The notes: generated by a model not told the origin, from the sequence alone. DNA of 64,000 nt from Bifidobacteriaceae bacterium (GCA_022649925.1 JALCOX010000001.1:30972-94971), one strand, 5' to 3'; shown: positions 29,413 to 37,789, counted from the first letter of the stretch. A program made the numbers and translations.

Positions 29413-29435
29413 CGGACTGAATTCAGTCTGTTTTA
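29413..29435 (+). terminator. Terminator-like palindrome plus T-tract
   Basis: CGGACTGAATTCAGTCTG (7-bp stem including one G-U pair, AATT loop) is followed by TTTT. There is no T-tract on the opposite strand. Confidence 0.5.
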
Positions 29436-29471
29436 GTGGAGCCGATTCTTTAATTCACTAAATTACAATAT

Positions 29472-29570
29472 TTACGACTCCCAGAGCAATGCTGCACACG
29501 TTCCTAGGACAAATAAAAATTCAAGAATCGCTAGGATTCTTCGTTCGTTGATAGATAAAGTTTGTTTGTG
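29472..29570 (-). pseudogene. Truncated, start-less paralog of the small hydrophobic ORF at 29812-30033
   Basis: The translation ...KQTLSINERRILAILEFLFVLGTCAALLWES* aligns with KETMSLKQKRIQAVLEFILFLGTCSAMLLQ*. The ATG of the intact copy corresponds to TTA here. The upstream part is replaced by the displaced gltD fragment. Confidence 0.4.
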
Positions 29571-29573
29571 GGT

Positions 29574-29666
29574 GCGGTGGATAAGTTCCTCATGGGTGCG
29601 ACCGAGTTGTCGAGCCCCATTACCTCTACGCAGCGGCCGATGGTGTTGCCGCGGGCGAGGAAGTAA
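29574..29666 (+). pseudogene. Displaced duplicate of the gltD 3' end (last 30 codons plus stop)
   Basis: 87 of 93 nt are identical to 27961-28053 by hand alignment. It encodes AVDKFLMGATELSSPITSTQRPMVLPRARK*. An in-frame TAA lies at 29556-29558, so no gltD body precedes it. Confidence 0.8.
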
Positions 29667-29738
29667 AGGTGCCCATCGTTGCGGAGCGTGTGACGTGATG
29701 TGGCGGTTTCGACGACGCAGTTGGCTTCGATGCATGGT

Positions 29739-29794
29739 TGACGTTTTGTGCACGCTGGTTCTGCAACTGCAGCGCCAGCGTGCACAAAACGTCA
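29739..29794. other. Perfect 20-bp-stem hairpin with no U-tract on either strand
   Basis: TGACGTTTTGTGCACGCTGG at 29739-29758 is the exact reverse complement of 29775-29794, with a 16-nt loop. Confidence 0.85.
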
Positions 29795-29811
29795 TACTCG
29801 AGCGGATCGAA

Positions 29812-30033
29812 CTACTGAAGTAGCATGGCGCTACACGTTCCGAGGAAAAGAATAAATTCGAGAACTGCTTGAATTCTCTTCTGTTTCAGGGACATAGTCT
29901 CTTTTTGTAGTTGATAGACGAGCCCGTTGATAATCGCTAGAGCAAGTCCGACGATTGCGAGAATTTGAAAGATCAAAGGAATCACTCTCCCTCTTCTTTG
30001 AAGGTGCATTGGCTTGGCATTGCAGAAGACCAC
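29812..30033 (-). CDS. Small hydrophobic protein (2 predicted TM segments); alternatively only the 27-aa C-terminal ORF 29812-29895
   Basis: The hydrophobic segments are VIPLIFQILAIVGLALAIINGLVY and IQAVLEFILFLGTCSAMLL. It lies in an AT-rich region, a paralogous fragment lies 240 nt away, and the ribosome binding sites are weak. Confidence 0.35.
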   Translation of the reverse strand: MVFCNAKPMHLQRRGRVIPLIFQILAIVGLALAIINGLVYQLQKETMSLKQKRIQAVLEFILFLGTCSAMLLQ

Positions 30034-30170
30034 AGTTATACAAGAAATTACGCTTGCGTATTTATTCTCTCATGACTACTCCTCATCTCAGCATGAACTT
30101 TCCAGAAAACGTTAGGGACGCGGGGTAATCTTGGGAGCATAAGAATCACGTATCCAGGAGGTCAGAACCG

Positions 30171-30650
30171 ATGGCAAATCGAGCACAGCGCAGAGCTAAC
30201 CAAAGGGCAGCAAACAAGAACGGCGAGAGCGGGCAGCCGGAAGGCACTCAGTCTGCAACGAGCCAGGCGATGTTCAACAACAAGGCCGATCGTGTTGCTG
30301 AAGGCAGGGATGAATGGGTTCCCGGTCGCGTTGATGCCAACGGAGATACGGTGACGGCAGCGCAGGCCTCTGCGAACGAAGAGGCACGCGCTGAGCATGA
30401 TGCAAAGGTGCAGGCCAATGTGAGTCTCGCCCGCAAGCGCACCACGAAGGGGTGGCTCAAGTTCTTCAGCTGGCTGCTCATCGGTCTGTCGGCGCTCGCC
30501 TTCCTCATTGTCATGTGGATCCCGAATCTGCCGATGTGGGCCATCGTCACGGTGTCCGCTATCTTCGCGGTTGGAGTGCTCAGCCTCTTTGTGGTGCGCG
30601 GTGACAACGACAAGAACCCTTACCTCGATGAGAATGGGACTGCGGTATGA
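30171..30650 (+). CDS. Hypothetical membrane protein (disordered basic N-terminus, 2 C-terminal TM segments)
   Basis: AGGAGG lies 9 nt upstream of the ATG. The stop overlaps the glgA start (ATGA). Confidence 0.6.
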   Translation: MANRAQRRANQRAANKNGESGQPEGTQSATSQAMFNNKADRVAEGRDEWVPGRVDANGDTVTAAQASANEEARAEHDAKVQANVSLARKRTTKGWLKFFSWLLIGLSALAFLIVMWIPNLPMWAIVTVSAIFAVGVLSLFVVRGDNDKNPYLDENGTAV

Positions 30651-31891
30651 AAAGGCTATCCGTCGATCTGCTGAGCCGCGAATATCCGCCGCACATTTAC
30701 GGTGGCGCTGGCGTCCATGTGAACGAGCTTTCCAAAGTTCTTGCAGAGCATGCTGATGTAACGGTCAGAGCATTCGACGGGCCCCGCACAGCCGCAGAGC
30801 TGGCTGAATATGAGCGCAGTACCGCAGACGGGAGTTTGCGTGTCAAAGGTTACGCGGTTCCCGCGGAGCTCGGCGACGCAAACCCCGCCTTGCAGACTTT
30901 CGGGGTAGACCTCCAGATTGCGCGGGATGTCGACGCAGACGTCGTACATTCGCATACGTGGTACGCCTGCCTGGCGGGACGCTTGGCATCACAGTTGCAC
31001 GGAATTCCTCACGTCATCACAGCGCACAGTCTCGAGCCGTTCCGGCCGTGGAAGGCGGAGCAGCTGGGTGGTGGGTATCGGCTGAGTTCGTGGGCTGAGA
31101 AGGATGCCTACGAGTCAGCTGACGGAGTGATCGCAGTCTCTGCGGGGATGAAGAAAGACATTCTGGCTGCGTACCCTGCCATTGATCCGGCAAAGGTGGC
31201 CGTCGTTCACAACGGCATCAATATCGCGGATTTTGTGGCTCCCTCCGAAACAGCCCCCGCATGGAATGTGTTCGACCGCTATCACATCGACCGATCCAAG
31301 CCAACGCTGCTGTTTGTTGGTCGCATCACCAGGCAGAAGGGATTGCCCTATCTGCTGGAAGCCTTGGAACAGGTGAATCCCGACATTCAGGTGGTGTTGT
31401 GCGCCGGGGCACCCGACACCAAGGAGATCGGCGACCAGGTGCGCACGAAGTTCGCGGAACTCAATCAGAGCCGTGGCAACATCGTCTGGATCGAGGAGAT
31501 GCTGCCACACGACCAGCTGACCGCGCTGGAGCATGGCTGCGACGCCTTCGTATGCCCGTCGATTTATGAGCCGCTCGGCATCGTCAATCTCGAGGCCATG
31601 GCATGTGGGCTGCCGGTTGTGGCAAGTGCTACCGGAGGAATCCCCGAGGTTGTCGTCGACGGTGACACCGGTGTGCTCGTGCCGCTGGAACAGGTGGGGG
31701 ACGGCACCGGAACTCCCGTTCACCCGGATGAGTTCGTTCACGATCTCGCCGCCGGTATCGAAGATATCTTCTCGGATCCGGCGCGCGCCCGTCGAATGGG
31801 TGAGGCGGGATACGCCCGTGCGCGTGATCATTTTTCGTGGGAATCAATTGCACGCGAAACCCTCGCAGTGTATGAAGGTGTGTTGAAGTAA
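30647..31891 (+). CDS. glgA: Glycogen synthase (GT4, actinobacterial type)
   Basis: The N-terminus reads LSREYPPHIYGGAGVHVNELS, and the GT-B C-terminal motif is EPLGIVNLEAMACGLPVVASATGGIPEVV. Confidence 0.85.
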   Translation: MKRLSVDLLSREYPPHIYGGAGVHVNELSKVLAEHADVTVRAFDGPRTAAELAEYERSTADGSLRVKGYAVPAELGDANPALQTFGVDLQIARDVDADVVHSHTWYACLAGRLASQLHGIPHVITAHSLEPFRPWKAEQLGGGYRLSSWAEKDAYESADGVIAVSAGMKKDILAAYPAIDPAKVAVVHNGINIADFVAPSETAPAWNVFDRYHIDRSKPTLLFVGRITRQKGLPYLLEALEQVNPDIQVVLCAGAPDTKEIGDQVRTKFAELNQSRGNIVWIEEMLPHDQLTALEHGCDAFVCPSIYEPLGIVNLEAMACGLPVVASATGGIPEVVVDGDTGVLVPLEQVGDGTGTPVHPDEFVHDLAAGIEDIFSDPARARRMGEAGYARARDHFSWESIARETLAVYEGVLK

Positions 31892-31950
31892 TTCCTGTGG
31901 TGGGAAGCACTGCGGTACCAAAGTGCGATGCGTGATGGAGGGTCCAAGAA

Positions 31951-32826
31951 ATGGCGAAGATGAGCGGAGCGGAGTCGCGGTGGCGGGATCCTTCTGAAAC
32001 TGCAGCGGCACTCCACGACGTTGAATTTCGTCGGCGGGGCCGCATCATTCTCTCCGACGTCAACCTCGAAATTCTCCCGGGTGAGCGGTGGGTCATTTTT
32101 GGGCCCAACGGCATTGGTAAGTCCACGATGATCTCCATGATGAGCTCGCGACTTTTCCCCAGCGAGGGGAAAATCGATATTCTCGGCAACCGCATGGGAA
32201 CGGTGGACGTGTTCTCGCTGAGACCTCAGATCGGCCTCGCCTCACGTGAATTGGCGAAGATGTTCCCCTCGGAAGAGGATCCTCTCGACGCGGTTGTCAC
32301 CGCCGCAACCGGAGTAACCGGGCGCTGGCGTGACGAGTATACGGACGCTCAGACGGCGAAGGCGCGTGGATTGCTGGAACGCTTCGGTGTGGGCTATCTC
32401 GAAGGCAAGCACATGTGGCGACTCAGTGAGGGAGAGGTCTCGCGCGTGCTCATCGCGAGGGCCTTGATGAACGATCCCAAGCTTCTGATTCTCGACGAGC
32501 CCACTACCGGCCTGGACTTGGGTGCCCGTGAACAGGTGATTGCAACGCTCAACGAGATCGGAACCGAAGATTCAGAGCGCGCCGTGGTGCTCGTGACGCA
32601 CAGGCTCGAGGAGATTCCCAAAGGATTTGACCACCTCGCGCTGATCGGCCGCATGGAGGAGCGCCCCAATCCGAATCCCGATCCCTCCGACCCGCAGCCG
32701 GGAACCGTGCTGTTCAGTGGGGCCATCGAGGAGGGTCTCACGGATGAATGGATGGAGAGGCTGTTCAATATGCCGATGCACGTGCAGCGGGAACAGGGAC
32801 GGTGGATGGCCTTCTCCACCCGCTGA
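31951..32826 (+). CDS. Stand-alone ABC ATP-binding protein (ModF/YlmA-like)
   Basis: Has Walker A GPNGIGKST, signature LSEGE, Walker B LILDEPTTGLD and H-loop VTHRLEE. There is no adjacent permease. Confidence 0.8.
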   Translation: MAKMSGAESRWRDPSETAAALHDVEFRRRGRIILSDVNLEILPGERWVIFGPNGIGKSTMISMMSSRLFPSEGKIDILGNRMGTVDVFSLRPQIGLASRELAKMFPSEEDPLDAVVTAATGVTGRWRDEYTDAQTAKARGLLERFGVGYLEGKHMWRLSEGEVSRVLIARALMNDPKLLILDEPTTGLDLGAREQVIATLNEIGTEDSERAVVLVTHRLEEIPKGFDHLALIGRMEERPNPNPDPSDPQPGTVLFSGAIEEGLTDEWMERLFNMPMHVQREQGRWMAFSTR

Positions 32827-32949
32827 TTATTTCGCCACCAGACGAATAAGTTAGCTAACGGTGTTTGGGACATGCATAAGAGTAATCTTCTTGAGGTTAA
32901 TTTTATACTTTGCAATGCTCACTCGAGGGTGGGTCAATGAGCCGGATAG

Positions 32950-34734
32950 GTGGTATTACGCATGCTGCAAATGTTGTCACGGTACCTACGGCCATACTGG
33001 TTGCAGGTGACGATCCTCGTCGCCTTCCAGGTGGCACAGGCATGTTTGAATCTCTACTTGCCTAATCTGCAGGCGGACATCATCAACAACGGTGTTTCAG
33101 CCGGCGACCAGGATGAGATCTACCGAATTGGCTGGGAGATGATTGGCATCTCCGGGCTTCAGATCGTTGCCTCAGTAGCGGCCGTCATCATCTCGGCACG
33201 CATCGCGATGCGTCTGGGTTACGAGGTTCGCCGCGATTTCTTCAACTCCGTGGAGACCTTCAGCCTCACCGAGATGGAGAAGTTCTCGGCGGGTTCTCTC
33301 GTCACGCGCGTTACCAACGACGTTCAGCAGGTGCAGCAGACCACTTATCAGACGCTGCTCATCATTCTTCAGGCGCCTGTCATGTTCATCGGTGGCCTCA
33401 TCATGGCCCTTCAGCAAGATGGTCCGCTGACATGGTCGCTTGCCGTCATTCTGCCGATCATCCTGATCGTCGCGCTGCTCCTCATGAGCCGCATGGGTCC
33501 GCTGTTCAACAAGATGCAGCAAAAGCTTGACTCCCTCAACCGCATCGTGCGCGAGCAGATTGCAGGCGTGCGCGTCATTCGTGCCTTCACCCGTGAGAAG
33601 ACCGAGGTTGGGCGCTTCGACGTTGCGAACTCCTCAATGTATAAGGTCCTCGTCTCCGTGGGCCGCCTCATGTCGATGATGATTCCGCTCATCTTCTTCA
33701 TGGTGAACATGTCCAACATCGCCATCATGTGGTTCGGCGGCAAGCGCATCGACTCCGGCGGCATGCAAATCGGTTCTCTGCAGGCCTTCATTCAGTACCT
33801 CATGATTATCCTCATGGGAATCATGATGGCGGCGATGATGTCTGTGATGCTGCCCCGCGCCTCCGTGTCGTCCAAGCGCATCCTCAAGGTCATCGATACT
33901 CAGAGCGATATCACCGCCCCAGAGGATCCTTACTGGCCCCAGAATGCAAACGATGCGAAGGGCGTCATTGAGTTCAAGGACGTCAGCTTCAGATACCCGG
34001 GCGCCGAGGAACCCGTGTTGTCTCACATCAGCTTCACGGCTGAGCCCGGCAAGACGACAGCGTTCATCGGTTCCACAGGTTCCGGTAAGTCTTCGTTGCT
34101 GCGCTTGGGAATGCGCATGTTTGACGTGACCGAGGGGCAGGTGCTCGTGGACGGTCACGACGTGCGGCAATACGATCCCGATCGGCTGGCAACGCTGTTT
34201 GGGCCTGTGCCGCAGAAGGCGGTGCTCTTCTCGGGCACAATCCGCACCAATCTGCGCTATGGCAAGGAGGACGCCACCGAGGAGGAGATGTGGGAGGCCT
34301 TGCGCGTCGCCCAAGCCGACGACTTCGTGAAGGAAATTCCCGAAGGCCTCGACGCACCCGTCGCAGAAGGCGGCACGAACTTCTCCGGTGGTCAGAAGCA
34401 GCGTCTGTGCATGGCGCGAGCGATCATCCGCAACCCGCGTATCTACAGCTTCGATGACTCCTTCTCAGCACTCGATATGGCGACGGATCGCAAGCTGCGC
34501 GCGGCACTCAAGCCCGCGACGACCGAATCCACGGTCCTCCTTGTCGCACAACGCGCGGCGAGCATCCGGGACGCGGAACAGATTCTGGTGCTCGACGGCG
34601 GGCAGATCGTGGGACGCGGAACCCACGACGAACTGATGAACACCTGCGAAACGTATAAGGAGATCGTTGATTCCCAGGGCGGGCAAGGGCCCGATGTGGA
34701 AGATCTCAGTATTGACGAGGAAGGAGGCCGCTGA
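32950..34734 (+). CDS. ABC exporter permease/ATPase, degenerate-site subunit
   Basis: Has a 6-TM domain plus an NBD with Walker A GSTGSGKSS and signature FSGGQKQ. Walker B reads IYSFDD (Asp in place of the catalytic Glu) and the H-loop reads VAQRAAS (Gln in place of His). The start may be the ATG at 32962. Confidence 0.85.
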   Translation: MVLRMLQMLSRYLRPYWLQVTILVAFQVAQACLNLYLPNLQADIINNGVSAGDQDEIYRIGWEMIGISGLQIVASVAAVIISARIAMRLGYEVRRDFFNSVETFSLTEMEKFSAGSLVTRVTNDVQQVQQTTYQTLLIILQAPVMFIGGLIMALQQDGPLTWSLAVILPIILIVALLLMSRMGPLFNKMQQKLDSLNRIVREQIAGVRVIRAFTREKTEVGRFDVANSSMYKVLVSVGRLMSMMIPLIFFMVNMSNIAIMWFGGKRIDSGGMQIGSLQAFIQYLMIILMGIMMAAMMSVMLPRASVSSKRILKVIDTQSDITAPEDPYWPQNANDAKGVIEFKDVSFRYPGAEEPVLSHISFTAEPGKTTAFIGSTGSGKSSLLRLGMRMFDVTEGQVLVDGHDVRQYDPDRLATLFGPVPQKAVLFSGTIRTNLRYGKEDATEEEMWEALRVAQADDFVKEIPEGLDAPVAEGGTNFSGGQKQRLCMARAIIRNPRIYSFDDSFSALDMATDRKLRAALKPATTESTVLLVAQRAASIRDAEQILVLDGGQIVGRGTHDELMNTCETYKEIVDSQGGQGPDVEDLSIDEEGGR

Positions 34735-36695
34735 TGTCAGCAGCACGCGGAGGACAAATCAAAGCAAATCCGTCTGTATCAAAGACTCAACGCAACAAGA
34801 GTCTCAAGCGACTCTTCGGGTACCTGCTGAGCGAAAAGCTCAAAGTCGTCACGATGCTCATCTGTGGAGCCATCGCAGTTTTCCTGATCGTTCTGGGCCC
34901 CAAGATCATGGGCCAGGGAACGAACGTTCTGTTTGCAGGACTTTTGGGCAAGATGCTGCTCGCGAGCGGAATCCCGGCCGGAACTCCTAAGGACGAGGTC
35001 GTCAAGCTGCTCAATTCCAAGGGGCAGGGCAGTATCGCCCAAATGGTGAACTCCATGGACGTCAAAGTTGGCGAGGGTATCGACTGGAATTGGTTCGCCA
35101 TCATCCTGGTTATCACGGCGGCCGTATACCTGGTCTCCATTCTGCTGCGCCTGGTCCAGAACTTCATCATGACGCGCGTAGTGAGCGACACTGTGTACCT
35201 CATGCGTCGCCAGATTGAAGACAAACTCAACAATCTGCCGCTGAATTACTTCGACCGTGTGCCCCGTGGCGAAGTCATGAGCCGCACCACCAACGACGTG
35301 GACAACATCTCTCAGACGCTTCAACAGGTTCTGGGCGAACTCCTGTTCTCCATCTTCCAGTTCGTGGGTGTGTTCATCATGATGCTGAGCATTTCGCCGC
35401 TCATGACGCTCATCGCGTTCATTGTGATCCCCATCATGGCGTTGGTTTCAATGTTCATCATGAAGAAGGCGCAGCCTAACTTCACCCGTCAGTGGGCTCG
35501 AACAGGAAAACTCAACTCGAACGTCGAGGAGATGTTCTCCGGTCACCTCGTTGTGCGTGCTTACGGGCAGCAGAAGAATGCAGAAGACACCTTCGACAAG
35601 CACAACCAGGGCCTCTACGAAGTCAGCCGGAAGGCCCAGTCCTTCTCCGGCCTCATTCAGCCCTCGACCGGCTTCTTCGGAAACCTCATGTTCGTCCTCG
35701 TCGCCGTCATCGGTGGCGTGCGCGTCCTCAACGGCAACCTCACGCTCGGCGACCTGCAGGCCTTCACGCAATATTCGCGGCAGGCGTCGCAGCCGCTCGG
35801 CCAGATCGCGTCGATGAGCACGATTCTGCAGAGCTCCCTGGCAAGCTCCACGCGTGTCTTTGAGTTCCTCGACGAGCCCGAAGAGAGTGCGGACACCACG
35901 ACTCCGGAAGTGATTCCGACGGACGCGGACGGCCGCATCCAGGGTCACGTCAAGTTCAATCACGTCGCCTTCTCCTACGATCCCGAGGAGCCTCTCATCG
36001 AGGATCTCTCGATCGATGCGAAGCCCGGCAAGACGGTCGCCATCGTGGGACCGACCGGGGCAGGCAAGACCACCTTGGTCAACCTGCTGATGCGCTTCTA
36101 CGAGATTCAGGGTGGCGCCATCACCATTGACGGCGTGGACACCGCCTCGATGACGCGCCAGGGGCTGCGTACCCACTTCGGCATGGTTTTGCAGGACACC
36201 TGGCTCTTCGACGGCACCATTCGCGAGAACCTGTTCTACGGGGTGCACGAAGGCCGCCACGTGGGCGAAACCGAGATGATCGAGGCCGCGAAGGCCACGC
36301 ACGTGGACGAGTTCGTCCGCAAGCTGCCGCAGGGCTACGACACGCTGATGAACGAAGACAGCTCCGAGCTGTCCCAGGGTGAGCGCCAGCTCATCACCAT
36401 CTGCCGTGCCTTCCTCTCCGATCCTGACATCCTCATCCTCGACGAGGCGACCAGCTCCGTCGACACGCGAACGGAGATGCTGGTGCAGCAGGCGATGAAC
36501 GCTCTGCGCGCAAATCGCACGAGCTTCGTCATCGCGCACAGGCTGTCCACGATTCGCGACGCCGACCTCATCCTCGTGGTCAACCACGGTTCCATTGTCG
36601 AGCAGGGCAACCACGATGAACTCTTGGCAAAGAACGGCGCGTACGCAAAGCTGTACAACTCGCAGTTCTCGGGAGCAGCACAGGAGGAAGAATAG
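34734..36695 (+). CDS. ABC exporter permease/ATPase, consensus-site subunit
   Basis: Has Walker A GPTGAGKTT, Walker B ILILDEATS, H-loop IAHRLST and the deviant signature LSQGERQ. It overlaps the upstream gene by 1 nt. Confidence 0.9.
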   Translation: MSAARGGQIKANPSVSKTQRNKSLKRLFGYLLSEKLKVVTMLICGAIAVFLIVLGPKIMGQGTNVLFAGLLGKMLLASGIPAGTPKDEVVKLLNSKGQGSIAQMVNSMDVKVGEGIDWNWFAIILVITAAVYLVSILLRLVQNFIMTRVVSDTVYLMRRQIEDKLNNLPLNYFDRVPRGEVMSRTTNDVDNISQTLQQVLGELLFSIFQFVGVFIMMLSISPLMTLIAFIVIPIMALVSMFIMKKAQPNFTRQWARTGKLNSNVEEMFSGHLVVRAYGQQKNAEDTFDKHNQGLYEVSRKAQSFSGLIQPSTGFFGNLMFVLVAVIGGVRVLNGNLTLGDLQAFTQYSRQASQPLGQIASMSTILQSSLASSTRVFEFLDEPEESADTTTPEVIPTDADGRIQGHVKFNHVAFSYDPEEPLIEDLSIDAKPGKTVAIVGPTGAGKTTLVNLLMRFYEIQGGAITIDGVDTASMTRQGLRTHFGMVLQDTWLFDGTIRENLFYGVHEGRHVGETEMIEAAKATHVDEFVRKLPQGYDTLMNEDSSELSQGERQLITICRAFLSDPDILILDEATSSVDTRTEMLVQQAMNALRANRTSFVIAHRLSTIRDADLILVVNHGSIVEQGNHDELLAKNGAYAKLYNSQFSGAAQEEE

Positions 36696-37789
36696 TGATA
36701 CGCCGTGGTCCGTTTGCAGTGGGCGAGAAGGTGCAGTTCACTGATCGCAAGGGTAAGAAGGTCACCGTTCAGCTCAGTGCAGGTGACGTCACCCAAACGG
36801 ACCACGGCCTTCTGCGTCATGACGACGTGATCGGGCAAGTTCCCGGTTGCGTCGTGGAGACGGTTTCGGCGCTCAGCGCAGGCAAGGTGGGCAACAAGAC
36901 CATCAAGAATTCGCGGCGCATTGGCGGTTGGGAATACACGGCGCTGCGTCCGCGCATGATCGACTACTCACTGTCGATGCCGCGCGGCGCACAGGTGATG
37001 TATCCCAAAGACATCGCGCAGGTGATCAGCGTCGGCGACATTCGCGCCGGGGCACGGGTTCTTGAATCGGGCGGCGGTTCGGGAGCGATGACGCTCGCCC
37101 TCGTCGATGCGGTGGGACCGCAGGGTCACGTGCGCACCATTGAGCGTCGGCCTGAATTCGCGAAGATATCCGCGGCGAATATCGAACTTTACTTCGGTGA
37201 GACACCTCAGTGGTGGACGATTGACGTCAACGGATTTGACGAGGGCGCGGCCAATCTCGAGGATGCTTCCTACGATCGCATTGTTTTCGACATGCTCGAC
37301 CCCTGGAATCGGCTCGAGCAGGCAGAGCGGGTTATTGCCAGTGGGGGAGTGCTCGTGGTGTATGTCACGACGACGACCCAGCTGAGCCGCATGTGTGAGG
37401 CGTTGCGTGGCTCCGGGCGATGGACGAGCCCTGAGGTTCTCGAAATTCTTGAGCGCACGTGGAAGGTGGAAGGTCTTGCGGTGCGGCCCAACCACCAGAT
37501 GATCGGACACACAGGATTCCTCGTGAGCGCGAGGGCAATGGCTCCCGGTGTCCGCGCGCTGGAACGCAAGCGCCGCGCCACCAAGGACGTCTACACCGAT
37601 ATCGACGAGGTGAGTCCTCAGAAGCAGGAAGAGGATTTCGAAAATCTGGAGTTGCGCGATATTTCGGATCGCAAGGTTCGCAAGGTGTTGCGTGATCTCG
37701 ATGCGCAACTCGGCGTGCTCCACGCGAAGGGTGACGAATCCGAAGCGGGCGCTCCTGAGAGTGGTACAAATTCGAGTGCCTTACAATGA
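36695..37789 (+). CDS. trmI: tRNA (adenine58-N1)-methyltransferase TrmI (GCD14 family)
   Basis: Has a SAM-binding region VLESGGGSGAMTLAL and a GCD14-like layout. The GTG start overlaps the upstream stop. Confidence 0.85.
   Translation: MIRRGPFAVGEKVQFTDRKGKKVTVQLSAGDVTQTDHGLLRHDDVIGQVPGCVVETVSALSAGKVGNKTIKNSRRIGGWEYTALRPRMIDYSLSMPRGAQVMYPKDIAQVISVGDIRAGARVLESGGGSGAMTLALVDAVGPQGHVRTIERRPEFAKISAANIELYFGETPQWWTIDVNGFDEGAANLEDASYDRIVFDMLDPWNRLEQAERVIASGGVLVVYVTTTTQLSRMCEALRGSGRWTSPEVLEILERTWKVEGLAVRPNHQMIGHTGFLVSARAMAPGVRALERKRRATKDVYTDIDEVSPQKQEEDFENLELRDISDRKVRKVLRDLDAQLGVLHAKGDESEAGAPESGTNSSALQ

Noticed and set aside
29472-29823. The listed ORFs 29472-29795 (minus strand, 107 aa) and 29548-29823 (plus strand, 91 aa).
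   Set aside because: Both read through the displaced gltD fragment antisense or out of frame, giving Arg-rich nonsense. Only the C-terminal 30 or so codons of the minus-strand ORF resemble anything, namely the neighbouring small hydrophobic ORF.
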